The notes beneath the pieces are model-generated. The model was not told where the DNA came from and made no database searches. It was given only the letters and a program-made list of their open reading frames with translations. This document shows positions 38,632 through 47,971 of a stretch of DNA of 64,000 nt, piece by piece. The position numbers were made by a program, and so were the translations under genes. How positions within the stretch are numbered: position 1 is the stretch's first letter; every line of letters starts with the position of its first letter. Origin of the DNA: Aureliella sp. (GTDB lineage: Bacteria; Planctomycetota; Planctomycetia; Pirellulales; Pirellulaceae); contig OY829846.1 in the NCBI GenBank assembly GCA_963691875.1, positions 128,001-192,000 of the forward strand, given 5' to 3'.

Positions 38632-38667
38632 TTGCACAGCGGATCTGATTTGCGGTAAATTTCCCGC
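38632..38667 (+). promoter_or_regulatory. Promoter/operator directly abutting the prohead protease start (possible leaderless mRNA)
   Basis: TTGCAC-N18-TAAATT-6 nt-ATG; full 16-bp motif GCGGTAAATTTCCCGC at 38652-38667. Confidence 0.6.
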
Positions 38668-39996
38668 ATGGACGTAACGCAGCAACTAGATTTTGCCTTC
38701 TCTTCAGGAGATGCCCCCCGCTTCGAGCAATGGATTGGGGCTTGGTGCATCGAAGAAACTGCAAGGCAATCATTAGTTGCTCAGCTACAGAATTTTGATC
38801 TCAGCCAGCACTTAGCTCAACATCAGCAAAGTGCTGCTTCTCGGACTACCCAGAGACAAGACAGTGACTCGGTCGCTGTGATCCGGTTGCAAGGGGTCCT
38901 GCAAAAACACTCGTCGAGTTTCAGCCGCTCAGGATCTACGGTTCTTGCTCGACGCGATATCCGTGCTGCTGTCAAAGATCCTGACATCGGTGCAATCTTT
39001 CTCGCGATTGAGTCCCCTGGTGGAACAGCTGCGGGAACGTTCGAGCTGTTTAACGAAATCGTTGCAGCAGCAAAGCAAAAGCCAGTTCATGCACACATTG
39101 AAGATCTCGGAGCATCTGCTGCATACTGGGCAGCTTCGGGAGCTACTCATTTAACCGCAAACGAACCAGCATCAATCGGAAGCATCGGCACCTACACCGT
39201 AGTGGAAGACTGGAGTCAACGTGCTGCAGCGACAGGTGTCAAAGTCCATGTCATCCGTTCGGCTGAATTCAAAGGCATGGGAGTGCCAGGCACTTCCATT
39301 ACTGAGTCACAGATCGCACATCTCCAAGACCAAGTGTCCCGATTGAACGAGAGGTTCCTGAACGGAGTGTCAGAGGGAAGAAACCTTTCTCGGCAGCAAG
39401 TTGACGCGGTTGCGACTGGGAAGACTTACTCATCGGAAGAATCTAAACTTTACGGCTTGATCGATGCGACAGCGACTTTTGAAGAAGCGTTCTCAGCAAC
39501 TGTCGATGCCGCTCACAAACATCTGAACCGAAAGTCCACCAAAGGGAAACCTCGCATGTCTGATAGCACAGTGACCGTAGCAGCCATCAAGCAGGCTTGC
39601 CCAGGTGCCGGAAATGATTTCGTTGTTGCGTGCCTCGAATCTGGCAAGAGCATGGAAGACATCCAAGCGGACTGGCGGCAGGCTGTCACCGACGAGAACG
39701 CGAAGCTCAAGGCACAGAACGAAGAGCTGCAGGAAGAGAACGCGAAGCTCAAGGCAGAGAACGACAAGCTCGCCAAACAACCCGAAGCTGCTTCTAAGAG
39801 CGTTGGCACTGATCCAATCTCAGCTGCGTCCGCTGACACGGACAGCGATTCACTTGATGGTGCTTCGCAGTATTGGGCAAAGGTCGGAGACCTCCAAGCG
39901 GCGGGCAAAGATCGCCCAGAGGCGATGAAGATGGTCAACAAGCAGTACCCCGACCTCCGCAGAGCGATGTCAGCGGCTTCGCAACCAACGCGATAA
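38668..39996 (+). CDS. S49 prohead protease with C-terminal scaffold region
   Basis: IESPGG, ASAAYWAAS, GSIG, FKG, GLID motifs; coiled-coil C-terminus. Confidence 0.9.
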   Translation: MDVTQQLDFAFSSGDAPRFEQWIGAWCIEETARQSLVAQLQNFDLSQHLAQHQQSAASRTTQRQDSDSVAVIRLQGVLQKHSSSFSRSGSTVLARRDIRAAVKDPDIGAIFLAIESPGGTAAGTFELFNEIVAAAKQKPVHAHIEDLGASAAYWAASGATHLTANEPASIGSIGTYTVVEDWSQRAAATGVKVHVIRSAEFKGMGVPGTSITESQIAHLQDQVSRLNERFLNGVSEGRNLSRQQVDAVATGKTYSSEESKLYGLIDATATFEEAFSATVDAAHKHLNRKSTKGKPRMSDSTVTVAAIKQACPGAGNDFVVACLESGKSMEDIQADWRQAVTDENAKLKAQNEELQEENAKLKAENDKLAKQPEAASKSVGTDPISAASADTDSDSLDGASQYWAKVGDLQAAGKDRPEAMKMVNKQYPDLRRAMSAASQPTR

Positions 39997-40056
39997 GCAG
40001 CAACAACTACGACACTGTTACGGTAAATTTCACGCGACCTGACTAGGTGACGAACG

Positions 40057-40413
40057 ATGCAATTCAACGATTCTGGCGTTAAGACCTACGCCTCTACAGC
40101 CGCACTCGCAAAGCACAGGCTTGTTAAGAAGAGCGGTGCTTCGGTGGAATACAACACCGCTAGCGACCGTCCCGTAGGCTCTACGCTCAATCCATCCTTC
40201 AATGCTGAAGAGCCGGTGCCCGTTCGTCTGACCAACTGCCCAGGAACCTTCCTGGCGACAGCCAGCGAAGCAATCGGACTGAACGGTGACTGTTTTGCGG
40301 CGGCAGACGGAAAGGTAGCGTCGACTGGAACAGTCCTTGTCGGAACCGCTGAAATTGCAGCCACAGCGGATGGTGACGTGATTGAAGTTATGCCTCCATC
40401 TGCGTCTGAGTAA
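40057..40413 (+). CDS. Capsid cement/decoration protein (DUF2190-like)
   Basis: AAADGKV...VGTAEIAATADGDVIEV; lies between protease and capsid genes. Confidence 0.8.
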   Translation: MQFNDSGVKTYASTAALAKHRLVKKSGASVEYNTASDRPVGSTLNPSFNAEEPVPVRLTNCPGTFLATASEAIGLNGDCFAAADGKVASTGTVLVGTAEIAATADGDVIEVMPPSASE

Positions 40414-40480
40414 GCACAAACGCCACGAGTAAACACAGCACATCGCTAAGCCACGGAACTAAGTCCAAGGAAATCTAACA

Positions 40481-41473
40481 GTGCCATCTCCAAAATCCGA
40501 ACTGACGAACCTGCGTCCGGAACTAGCGACCTTCATGCAGCTCGATACCGAGATGAGCCGTCGCGGGTATGTAGGGACTCGCTTGCTCCCAGCATTCCCA
40601 GTGATGAAAGCCTCTGGGGACTTCGGCGTTATCAAGCTTGCAAGTCTGCTCGCATCGAAGGACGCCGACACGAAACGTACCAGCAAAGGTGGCTACAACC
40701 GAGGCGACTACGAGTTCGAAGAGCGGTCCTTCAAGACCAAGGAGCACGGTTGGGAAGAACCAGTCGACGAACGCGAAGAAGCTCTGTACGAAGACTACTT
40801 CGACCTCGAAGAGATCGCGACGGTCCGTGCCTGGGAACACGTTCTCGCCGGTCTGGAAGAACGGATTTTGAATAAAGTCCTCGCTGATACTGTAACGGCT
40901 GGCTACACAGCTGCTTCAGGCGGGGTTTGGACTACTCCGGCAACAGCGACTCCAATCGATGATGTTTTCGCAGCGCAGGAGGCAGTTTGGGCGCGTACTG
41001 GAATGTGGCCCCGCACCGTTGCGATGAGCCGGAGGAACTTTCGAGCTCTGCGGCGAACGAAGCAGGTCAAAGACGAAGTTGCTTCAAACGGAGCAGGTTC
41101 AAGCCAAGCTCAGAAGAACATCACTGTTGAGATGCTCAAGGAAGTCTTAGACGTTGACGAGATCATCATCGGCGATGCCGTGAAGAACACTCTGAACCAA
41201 GCGCAATCAGCCACGATTGCGAGCTCCTTCCCCGACGACCAGATCGTTGTCACTCGAACCGCGACCTCGAACGACTTCAAGGAACCTTGCCTTGGTCGTC
41301 TGTTCCACTGGGGTGGAGACGGGTCGAGGATCGACGGAGCCGGAAGTATGCCGGGTGTCGTTGAAGATTACGAAGAGCCACAAACCCGCAAGAACATTAT
41401 CCGTGTTCGAAACGAAACTGATGAATTCATCTTGTACGGTGAAATGGCTCAGGTCGTAACCGGCGTTCGCTAA
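40481..41473 (+). CDS. Major capsid protein (gpE-like)
   Basis: 330 aa; KEHGWEEPVD and W...ATPIDDV motifs; follows the cement gene. Confidence 0.85.
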   Translation: MPSPKSELTNLRPELATFMQLDTEMSRRGYVGTRLLPAFPVMKASGDFGVIKLASLLASKDADTKRTSKGGYNRGDYEFEERSFKTKEHGWEEPVDEREEALYEDYFDLEEIATVRAWEHVLAGLEERILNKVLADTVTAGYTAASGGVWTTPATATPIDDVFAAQEAVWARTGMWPRTVAMSRRNFRALRRTKQVKDEVASNGAGSSQAQKNITVEMLKEVLDVDEIIIGDAVKNTLNQAQSATIASSFPDDQIVVTRTATSNDFKEPCLGRLFHWGGDGSRIDGAGSMPGVVEDYEEPQTRKNIIRVRNETDEFILYGEMAQVVTGVR

Positions 41474-41516
41474 AAAAAACGGTAAACTTACCGCGTAGAA
41501 AACCAGCGAGACTGGG

Positions 41517-41891
41517 ATGAACATATTTGCGGACGCAATGGGATTTGGTTTTGATGCGGCTGAAACAGTCGCTGGCGAAACGATCTGCTACACGTACGCA
41601 GAAGAGTCAGAAGAGTTTGAGGACGTTGTTGCAGGTGAGACAGAGTCCCGTGAGACAGGTGTGGGAGGGAACACAGTAGTTGCCTCTCGCAGCTGTGACT
41701 TCCTGATCCGGCGAGAAGCTTGGGAAGAGAAGTTCGGTGACAAGTTCCCAACTCGGAACAACGTAATCACTAGAACCAATGGTAAGGCTTACAAAGTGTT
41801 CTCCGGAGCTCAAGGGCATATCTGGAGATACAGCGGACCTCAGAACACTTACTTGCGAGTTCACACGATTGAAGTGAAGAAGAAAGACTGA
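41517..41891 (+). CDS. Head-tail joining protein
   Basis: Position after the capsid gene; DFLI...P...I, WRYS...RVHT. Confidence 0.7.
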   Translation: MNIFADAMGFGFDAAETVAGETICYTYAEESEEFEDVVAGETESRETGVGGNTVVASRSCDFLIRREAWEEKFGDKFPTRNNVITRTNGKAYKVFSGAQGHIWRYSGPQNTYLRVHTIEVKKKD

Positions 41892-41893
41892 AA

Positions 41894-42385
41894 GTGTCAG
41901 TTCGATTTGTAGAAGCTTGGAAAGGCTTGACGGAAGAACTGAGCACCCGGCTTTCTCCCCAGAAAGTAGAACGTCGCTACGCTCCGTACTTCGAGCGAGC
42001 TGCACTCGGGGACGAAACCAAGATCTCCGTCTCTCTTTCAGACCATGACATACAAAACTTAGCACGAAGTTCTCTTGATTCGGAAACGGTAACTTTCATC
42101 ATCGCGCTGCAACAGTCAGTCGGTGATCAGGTTACTACCGATGTCAACGGGAACATGGTTCTCGATGGAGTAGATGATCTCTCTGTTGGGGATGAAATCC
42201 TAGAAAAGGTCCAGGCAATCATGGATCTATGGCGGGGAGAGGGACCTCTTCGCCAATTAGAGATTGCAGGTTACCGGTTCACCGGAACGATAACAAACGA
42301 TCCGCCGTTCGAACCCTTGCATTTACTGTCGCAAGGCATTTTTTCAGCAATCATCGACGTCCAGTACAGGTATTCAGGAGACTAA
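41894..42385 (+). CDS. Putative tail terminator
   Basis: Position before the tail tube gene; size 163 aa. Confidence 0.55.
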   Translation: MSVRFVEAWKGLTEELSTRLSPQKVERRYAPYFERAALGDETKISVSLSDHDIQNLARSSLDSETVTFIIALQQSVGDQVTTDVNGNMVLDGVDDLSVGDEILEKVQAIMDLWRGEGPLRQLEIAGYRFTGTITNDPPFEPLHLLSQGIFSAIIDVQYRYSGD

Positions 42386-42388
42386 CAA

Positions 42389-42895
42389 ATGAGCGGAACT
42401 GGTGTTGATCATGGTCGCGATGCAAAACTGTACTACAACGACACTCCCGATAGTGCATCCGCAGGAGCTGGTACGTATGCGGTTCCTGTTTATGTCGAGA
42501 TTGATCGGATCGGAGATCTTGATCGCGCTGGTCAGAAAGCGACGACAGAGATCAACATCAGAGCATCTAAGACAACTCTGACTGTATTCGGCAACAAGTC
42601 TCGCGAAATCACCTTCACCTATTACAAGAAGAAGGGCGCCAACGACGCGGTCTACAACGTGCTCTTGGACTCCTTTGAGAACAATACCTGCCTTGATATC
42701 ACGATGGCAGAGGACAACATCGCCGCTAGTGGCACCGTCTACGATCGTGGACCCTTCATTGTGTCCCAGCTTGAAAAGACGGAGCCGATCGAAGGCGCGC
42801 AAAGCTACGCGGTGACTATGTCGGTGGCGGACGCCGAGCAGCCGGGCAACCCTGGAACTCCGTTCCTCTATGAAGCGAACCAAGCGGTAGCTTAG
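42389..42895 (+). CDS. Tail tube (major tail) protein
   Basis: GRDAKLYYN, EITF, EPIEG..SYAVT; upstream of the chaperone genes. Confidence 0.75.
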   Translation: MSGTGVDHGRDAKLYYNDTPDSASAGAGTYAVPVYVEIDRIGDLDRAGQKATTEINIRASKTTLTVFGNKSREITFTYYKKKGANDAVYNVLLDSFENNTCLDITMAEDNIAASGTVYDRGPFIVSQLEKTEPIEGAQSYAVTMSVADAEQPGNPGTPFLYEANQAVA

Positions 42896-42948
42896 TCCCA
42901 GCTGTCGATTCAATCTTCTGAATTCGAATTTGACCAAGGTACTCTTCG

Positions 42949-43176
42949 ATGGCTGCTGCAAAACCGAAATCTGCCTTCACACAAGCTCTCGAATCTGACA
43001 GCAAGATGGTCGAGATCAAGGCAGGTTCGTTGGCTGCAATCGAAGAAGAGTACAAGCAGCTCGACACAGACGTGAAGAAGTACGTTCAGCGAATGGGCAC
43101 TGTTGTAGTGCCAAAAGAAACTGCCCTTAAACTAGTGAAAAAGAATGCATCAACTCAAGGACAACCAAAATCGTGA
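42949..43176 (+). CDS. Hypothetical protein
   Basis: 75-aa ORF in the tail operon. Confidence 0.6.
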   Translation: MAAAKPKSAFTQALESDSKMVEIKAGSLAAIEEEYKQLDTDVKKYVQRMGTVVVPKETALKLVKKNASTQGQPKS

Positions 43177-43654
43177 TTGGACGGTCGGTCCACTTACACT
43201 TCTAGATGTACGTCGCGTCAAGAACGAGACAAAAGACAAATGGACTCTCACTGAAGCTGAAGACGTCGGTGAGTTGATCGGTGACGACTTGGCTCTGTAC
43301 GAAGTCTGTTGGGTACTGCTCCAAGATCAGGCACAGCAACACAAGCTAGACGAAGTTGCTTTTGCAAAAGTGTTCACTGAATGCTACGAGAAGTTCGTAG
43401 GCGCGTTGGTAGACGCGCTGAAGGATTTTTCCCAGTGCCTCGGGAAGTCCGAAATCACCGTAAGCATCGAGAGAATCTCCGTCGAATTGACGAAAAAGCG
43501 GTCCGCCGTGGTGAAGAACCTATCTTCGGCGAAATACGATCAAGCGATGGAAGCCGAGATCAATCGGATGGACAAAGAGATGGACGAGAAGCTGAGCAAG
43601 ATTATCCAAGGCGAAGGCTTAGAGACCCCGCCAGCGACGGACCAGAGTACGTAA
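43145..43654 (+). CDS. Tail assembly chaperone (G-like)
   Basis: Follows the tail tube gene; KD...W start; ALKDF; overlapped by a -1 frame ORF. Confidence 0.7.
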   Translation: MHQLKDNQNRDWTVGPLTLLDVRRVKNETKDKWTLTEAEDVGELIGDDLALYEVCWVLLQDQAQQHKLDEVAFAKVFTECYEKFVGALVDALKDFSQCLGKSEITVSIERISVELTKKRSAVVKNLSSAKYDQAMEAEINRMDKEMDEKLSKIIQGEGLETPPATDQST

Positions 43655-43893
43655 CACTCTGGCGACTGGCTGGGATCATCGGAGTCGATCCGCTCAAGTT
43701 CAATGCCCGTGAGCTGGTCTGGATGGCAGAAGCAAAGCAGGAAGTTGGCTGGGATCTCAGCAACAACATCCTAGCTTCAGTCAGGCAATCAGCAGACCAA
43801 GTGTGTGATCAGATCGTGATTGCACATGGAGGACGACCGAGAAGCCGCAAGCCCATCGATCTCAACGAGCTCAACCCATTCCGTAGAGACTAG
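43423..43893 (+). CDS. Tail assembly chaperone T-like segment, probably reached by -1 frameshift
   Basis: Open -1 frame with LWRLAGIIGVDP...RELVWM; no convincing independent start. Confidence 0.55.
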   Translation, partial: GFFPVPREVRNHRKHRENLRRIDEKAVRRGEEPIFGEIRSSDGSRDQSDGQRDGREAEQDYPRRRLRDPASDGPEYVTLWRLAGIIGVDPLKFNARELVWMAEAKQEVGWDLSNNILASVRQSADQVCDQIVIAHGGRPRSRKPIDLNELNPFRRD

Positions 43894-43901
43894 GTTCTGT
43901 C

Positions 43902-44474
43902 ATGTCGGCTACCTTCGACTTCTCTATCAACGGATCGATCAAAGATTTCTTCTTTGATCGTCGCCGTGTTCAGGAAGCACTAACTGCCGCAGAGAAGAAG
44001 AACCTAAGTCTCATCGGCTCTTACATTCGGCAACGAGCGAGGACTCGTATTCTTCGTCGCCGCAAAGGTGCCTCTGACCCACTGTCCCCTCCACACGTTC
44101 ATAGCCAAGACAGTGTTCGGAATCTCAAGAACATCCTCTTCGCATATGATCCAAACTTACATGCTGTGATTGTAGGTCCCGTTGGTCTTCGCAAGCGGGT
44201 GGACACAACTGAGATCGCAAACCAGACCGTACCGCAGATACTTGAGTTTGGCGGAGTCGCAGTCATTCACGAAGAGCGATACAAGCGTAGCACGAAAACG
44301 GTTTGGTATCGCAGAGACGACCGAACAAAGGTCGAAGAGTCAAAAGAGTACCGGACCCGTACTGCGTCCTACGCTCCACGCCCATTTATGTCGGTAGCGT
44401 TGAAACAAGAAATCGCTGCTGGCACGATCAAGAACGTTTGGAGGGCATCTGTGACTGCCGGTGCAACAGCATAA
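43902..44474 (+). CDS. Tail completion / virion morphogenesis protein
   Basis: FFFDR, SPPHVH, LEFGG, PRPFM motifs. Confidence 0.7.
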   Translation: MSATFDFSINGSIKDFFFDRRRVQEALTAAEKKNLSLIGSYIRQRARTRILRRRKGASDPLSPPHVHSQDSVRNLKNILFAYDPNLHAVIVGPVGLRKRVDTTEIANQTVPQILEFGGVAVIHEERYKRSTKTVWYRRDDRTKVEESKEYRTRTASYAPRPFMSVALKQEIAAGTIKNVWRASVTAGATA

Positions 44475-44476
44475 CG

Positions 44477-44677
44477 ATGGGCGTCGAATACAAGTATCGA
44501 GGGATCTGGTTTCTGTGGAGCTCTCATGCAATTCAACGAATTCGCCAGAGGTTCAATGACGATGATGTCTCACTTCCGCACGATCAAATCATTAAGGCAT
44601 CGTCGAAGGTCGAGATCGTATGTGTCAAAGATACAGACACTGCCATTGGTATCCTCACTGTTCTATACAACGTGTGA
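44477..44677 (+). CDS. Small hypothetical protein with SHAxxR motif
   Basis: ATG at 44477 just after the upstream stop; WSSHAIQRIRQR...ILTVL. Confidence 0.5.
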   Translation: MGVEYKYRGIWFLWSSHAIQRIRQRFNDDDVSLPHDQIIKASSKVEIVCVKDTDTAIGILTVLYNV

Positions 44678-44737
44678 GCAGCGATTGAATCTACTTTTGT
44701 ATTTGCGGTAAACTTACCGCGTTAGAACTATAGCTCA

Positions 44738-45280
44738 GTGCCCACTGCCTTTGGAGAACCCGTTATGCACTGGTCGAAGAACCCAAAAATTCAGTTTGCT
44801 GTTGGAATTACGGTAATCATTCTGCTGGCTCGGTGGCTTTTCACAGGCGATTTACTGCTTGCTGGACAGGTTGCGATGGCACCCGAAGACTCCGGCGAAG
44901 AAGGGCTTCGAAGCATCCCGTTTACTTCGATCGTTGGCAGTATGTTCTGGGAAGCGGGAGTCATTGTCGGCGCGAGCGTTATTGGTTGGATGTTCAAGAT
45001 TTGGGATCAAATCTATGAGTTCCTCTCTAGTCGGTCCTCGGCTGCAACATCGCCTGTCGACTCCGTGCCGTCAATCGCTGCTTCCACCACAGACGACAAT
45101 CCACTTGTTTTGCTTGGACAAGCTGTTGCGATGGGAGACTCGGAAAAAGCAATTGAACTCCAACGCAAGATCCGTCTTCCTTACGCTACTCGCGAGCTCG
45201 TAGAAGCTTATCAAACCGGGAACATGGATGCTGCCAAAGAGCTGCAGATCGAACTAGCCACACTCGTAGGGAAGAAATGA
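44738..45280 (+). CDS. Two-TM membrane protein (holin/spanin-like candidate)
   Basis: Two hydrophobic segments; first gene after an operator-like motif. Confidence 0.65.
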   Translation: MPTAFGEPVMHWSKNPKIQFAVGITVIILLARWLFTGDLLLAGQVAMAPEDSGEEGLRSIPFTSIVGSMFWEAGVIVGASVIGWMFKIWDQIYEFLSSRSSAATSPVDSVPSIAASTTDDNPLVLLGQAVAMGDSEKAIELQRKIRLPYATRELVEAYQTGNMDAAKELQIELATLVGKK

Positions 45281-45753
45281 TGGATCACGATCCGTACAAC
45301 TTGTTCCCACAGCAAACCCAAGCAAAGACAAAGAGCAACAATCTGCTGCTCGGTATTGTTATCGGGGTTGCCCTGACTCTGCTCTGGTTCAAGGCATTCC
45401 CGAACGGAATCCCCGATGGTTTTGAATACCGAGACCAAGATCGGCAAGAGCAAAACGACAACGAACTAAACGGCGACATTCAAACACTGATCATTGTCGA
45501 AGAGACTGGTGACAGACGCCGTTTCCCGCATCTCGCAATTCTTATCAACGACGACAAGTTCTGGGATGAGCTTGAGAGTCAAGGCGTCAAGATGCGTCTA
45601 TATGAGATTGATAGCCCCTCAGCTGTGCCTTTTCGGGACGCTGCAAAAGAAGCTGGTCTCCCAGCAATCCTCGGGCTCGATGCCAACAAGAAGATCTTGA
45701 AGTCCAAAACCATTCCTCCGTCGAAAGATGGAATCCTTGATTTCCTGAGGTAA
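45277..45753 (+). CDS. Membrane-anchored protein, possible thioredoxin-like fold without CxxC
   Basis: One TM helix; GLPAILGLD...ILKS C-terminal pattern. Confidence 0.6.
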   Translation: MMDHDPYNLFPQQTQAKTKSNNLLLGIVIGVALTLLWFKAFPNGIPDGFEYRDQDRQEQNDNELNGDIQTLIIVEETGDRRRFPHLAILINDDKFWDELESQGVKMRLYEIDSPSAVPFRDAAKEAGLPAILGLDANKKILKSKTIPPSKDGILDFLR

Positions 45754-45756
45754 CCC

Positions 45757-46593
45757 ATGAGCGACGAGTTTGACGACGTACCAGAAGATCAAATATTTAA
45801 ACTGGACGGACAAGCGGTCCGAACCGGGAACTTGATGGAGGAGCGAAAGCCTTCGCTGTTCACGCCTTTTGTCTCTTCGGAAGGCGTCCTTTCGAAGGAT
45901 GAGATCGCGAAGATCCTCAATGCCTCTGGGCGAACCCCTGCCCGTGAAAGGTTTCCGTCTAGTTGGATCAAGAATCAAGGTCGTCGTGGATCATGTAACG
46001 CATACGCAGCTGCAGCTGCATTGGAACGAGCTCGGGAACTACGGAGACTCCCGCGAGTTGAGCTAGGCCCTGAGTTTCTCTACGCGCAGATCAACGGTGG
46101 TCGGGATCGAGGCTCCGGACTAGCCAACGGTATGAAAGCACTTCGTGACATCGGCTGTCCGCCAAAAGAGTTCGTCAAGTACGAAAGCTATCTGAAAAAG
46201 CACCAGTCCCCCGAAGCAGTCGCAAACGCGGGTCGCTTCAAAACTCTTGAACCTTACGCAATCAATTCTGAAGAGGAGCTCGCGACAGCTCTTGCTCTCG
46301 GATTCCCTTGCGTCGTAGCCGTCCATGTCACGAACAACTGGATGAAGCTAGATGGTGACGGAGTTGTCTACCCGACCAATGGTGTTGGCAACCACGCAAT
46401 CTGCGTAGATGACGTTCGGATCAACTCTAAAGGCGAATACGAATTCGACCATGCGGGTTCCTGGGCAACTAGGTATGGAGATAACGGCAGAGGCTGGACG
46501 ACTTGGAAGCGACACTACAAGACGCCTAGCCGGTACCACCAGTTCTACGCAATCCGATCCACAACTGATGACCCGGACGGCGATCAGCTCTGA
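45757..46593 (+). CDS. C1 (papain-like) cysteine peptidase
   Basis: NQGRRGSCNAYA (Gln, Cys), GNHAICV (His), AGSW...YGDNG. Confidence 0.88.
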   Translation: MSDEFDDVPEDQIFKLDGQAVRTGNLMEERKPSLFTPFVSSEGVLSKDEIAKILNASGRTPARERFPSSWIKNQGRRGSCNAYAAAAALERARELRRLPRVELGPEFLYAQINGGRDRGSGLANGMKALRDIGCPPKEFVKYESYLKKHQSPEAVANAGRFKTLEPYAINSEEELATALALGFPCVVAVHVTNNWMKLDGDGVVYPTNGVGNHAICVDDVRINSKGEYEFDHAGSWATRYGDNGRGWTTWKRHYKTPSRYHQFYAIRSTTDDPDGDQL

Positions 46594-46629
46594 ACGAATC
46601 TATTGCACTGTTCCAATTAAAGGATTGAT

Positions 46630-47337
46630 ATGAAAACGAAAGCACTAGCTTGGATCATCTCACTGGCTGTCATCTTTCTTGTCATCAGCACTGACGACAA
46701 AACCAAGGCAGCTCCTGACCGACCACCTTGTGACAGCGAAAGATACTCAGCTGCGAAGACAGACCAGCGAGTCGTAATCACCGATTCGGAGAAAGTAGAG
46801 TCGCTGGTACTCAGCAAGAGCCTGAAGTACGTTGGGCCGTTCCACGCGCACGAGGAACACGAGACTGAAGAAACATCGGAAGCAGAAAGCACTGAAGACG
46901 AACCAGCATTCGCAGACCCCCTTTCAGCCAGAATGGATGAGTTCGAAGCAAGGCTAGATGCTTTAGAGAGGCAAGTTAGAGCACCCAAACCAAAGGTCGA
47001 CTATGCGCCCAAGGCTACTGTGTCGTCGGGTTCAACAGGCAGCTCTCCGGTAGTGAACTACGTGCCTCGTTGGACGAACTATGACGGACTGACAAGACGC
47101 GAGCATGCAGCCACATACCACGGGTTGGACACAGCAACTATGTCCGACACTGAGATTGCGATGCAGTTAGATGCAGATCACGACAGACATGGTGGCGGAC
47201 ACCCTGCTGCAATGCGATCAACTACGACCACAACTCGAACAAGAACTCGCAGTACGACGAATTGCCCGGGAGGTGTGTGCCCTACTTCGAGACCAAAACT
47301 CTTGAATCTGCTACCTCGGAACTGGGGTAGACGCTAG
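46630..47337 (+). CDS. Secreted/anchored hypothetical protein
   Basis: Signal-like N-terminus; CPGGVCP near the C-terminus. Confidence 0.65.
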   Translation: MKTKALAWIISLAVIFLVISTDDKTKAAPDRPPCDSERYSAAKTDQRVVITDSEKVESLVLSKSLKYVGPFHAHEEHETEETSEAESTEDEPAFADPLSARMDEFEARLDALERQVRAPKPKVDYAPKATVSSGSTGSSPVVNYVPRWTNYDGLTRREHAATYHGLDTATMSDTEIAMQLDADHDRHGGGHPAAMRSTTTTTRTRTRSTTNCPGGVCPTSRPKLLNLLPRNWGRR

Positions 47338-47561
47338 TGCTGGATCTCAAGGGAACTTTCTTTGCATTCGCTGTCGCATGCCTCGCACTCATGTTCTTGA
47401 TGCGAGGCTGCGGCAACAGAATGGACAAGTTCCGAGAGTACCGGCAACAGCGATACGAACAACGGAAAGAAGATCGGCAACAGCGAAAAGAGGAACGGCA
47501 AGATCGTCGGGACGATTGGCGCGAGCGATGGCAGGACCGGCGTTTCAGATTCCGCAGATAA
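47337..47561 (+). CDS. Small membrane protein with Arg/Gln-rich tail
   Basis: TM helix then charged repeats; coupled start. Confidence 0.6.
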   Translation: MLDLKGTFFAFAVACLALMFLMRGCGNRMDKFREYRQQRYEQRKEDRQQRKEERQDRRDDWRERWQDRRFRFRR

Positions 47562-47563
47562 CT

Positions 47564-47971
47564 ATGTTTGAAATCGACCAACTCATTGTGTTTGTGTACG
47601 GAGCAGCAGTTGCAGTTCGGATAGCTGTGTTAGCAGCGGATATGTTTCGAGAACGGTGGGTGGTCACTGACGCTATCGGAAGGATGTTTGTTGCTGAGGT
47701 CACTTGCATCGTCTGCACATTGATTTTTACAGCAAACGCCATCCTTGCAGGTAACAACGACATACATCCCTATTTGGGGACTTTACTTCGAGTGACTATC
47801 TTCTCAGCCTTGTTGCTGGCGTCCAACCACGTTGCGTCCAACCAAAAAAAGATCCGGGAGCAAAAGGATCACGTTCTGACCAAGATCGAGCACGAAAAAC
47901 AAGCACTGCAAACTTACCAATGGTACCAAGAAACGATAGCGAAGCCGCAGAGCTCTTCTGGAAACTCCTAG
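47564..47971 (+). CDS. Three-TM membrane protein (holin-like candidate)
   Basis: Start MFEIDQL at 47564; three hydrophobic segments and a charged C-terminus. Confidence 0.65.
   Translation: MFEIDQLIVFVYGAAVAVRIAVLAADMFRERWVVTDAIGRMFVAEVTCIVCTLIFTANAILAGNNDIHPYLGTLLRVTIFSALLLASNHVASNQKKIREQKDHVLTKIEHEKQALQTYQWYQETIAKPQSSSGNS

Noticed and set aside
45277..45753. Thioredoxin partner for the Erv oxidase
   Set aside because: The protein has no cysteine, so it cannot relay disulfides even if the fold is thioredoxin-like.
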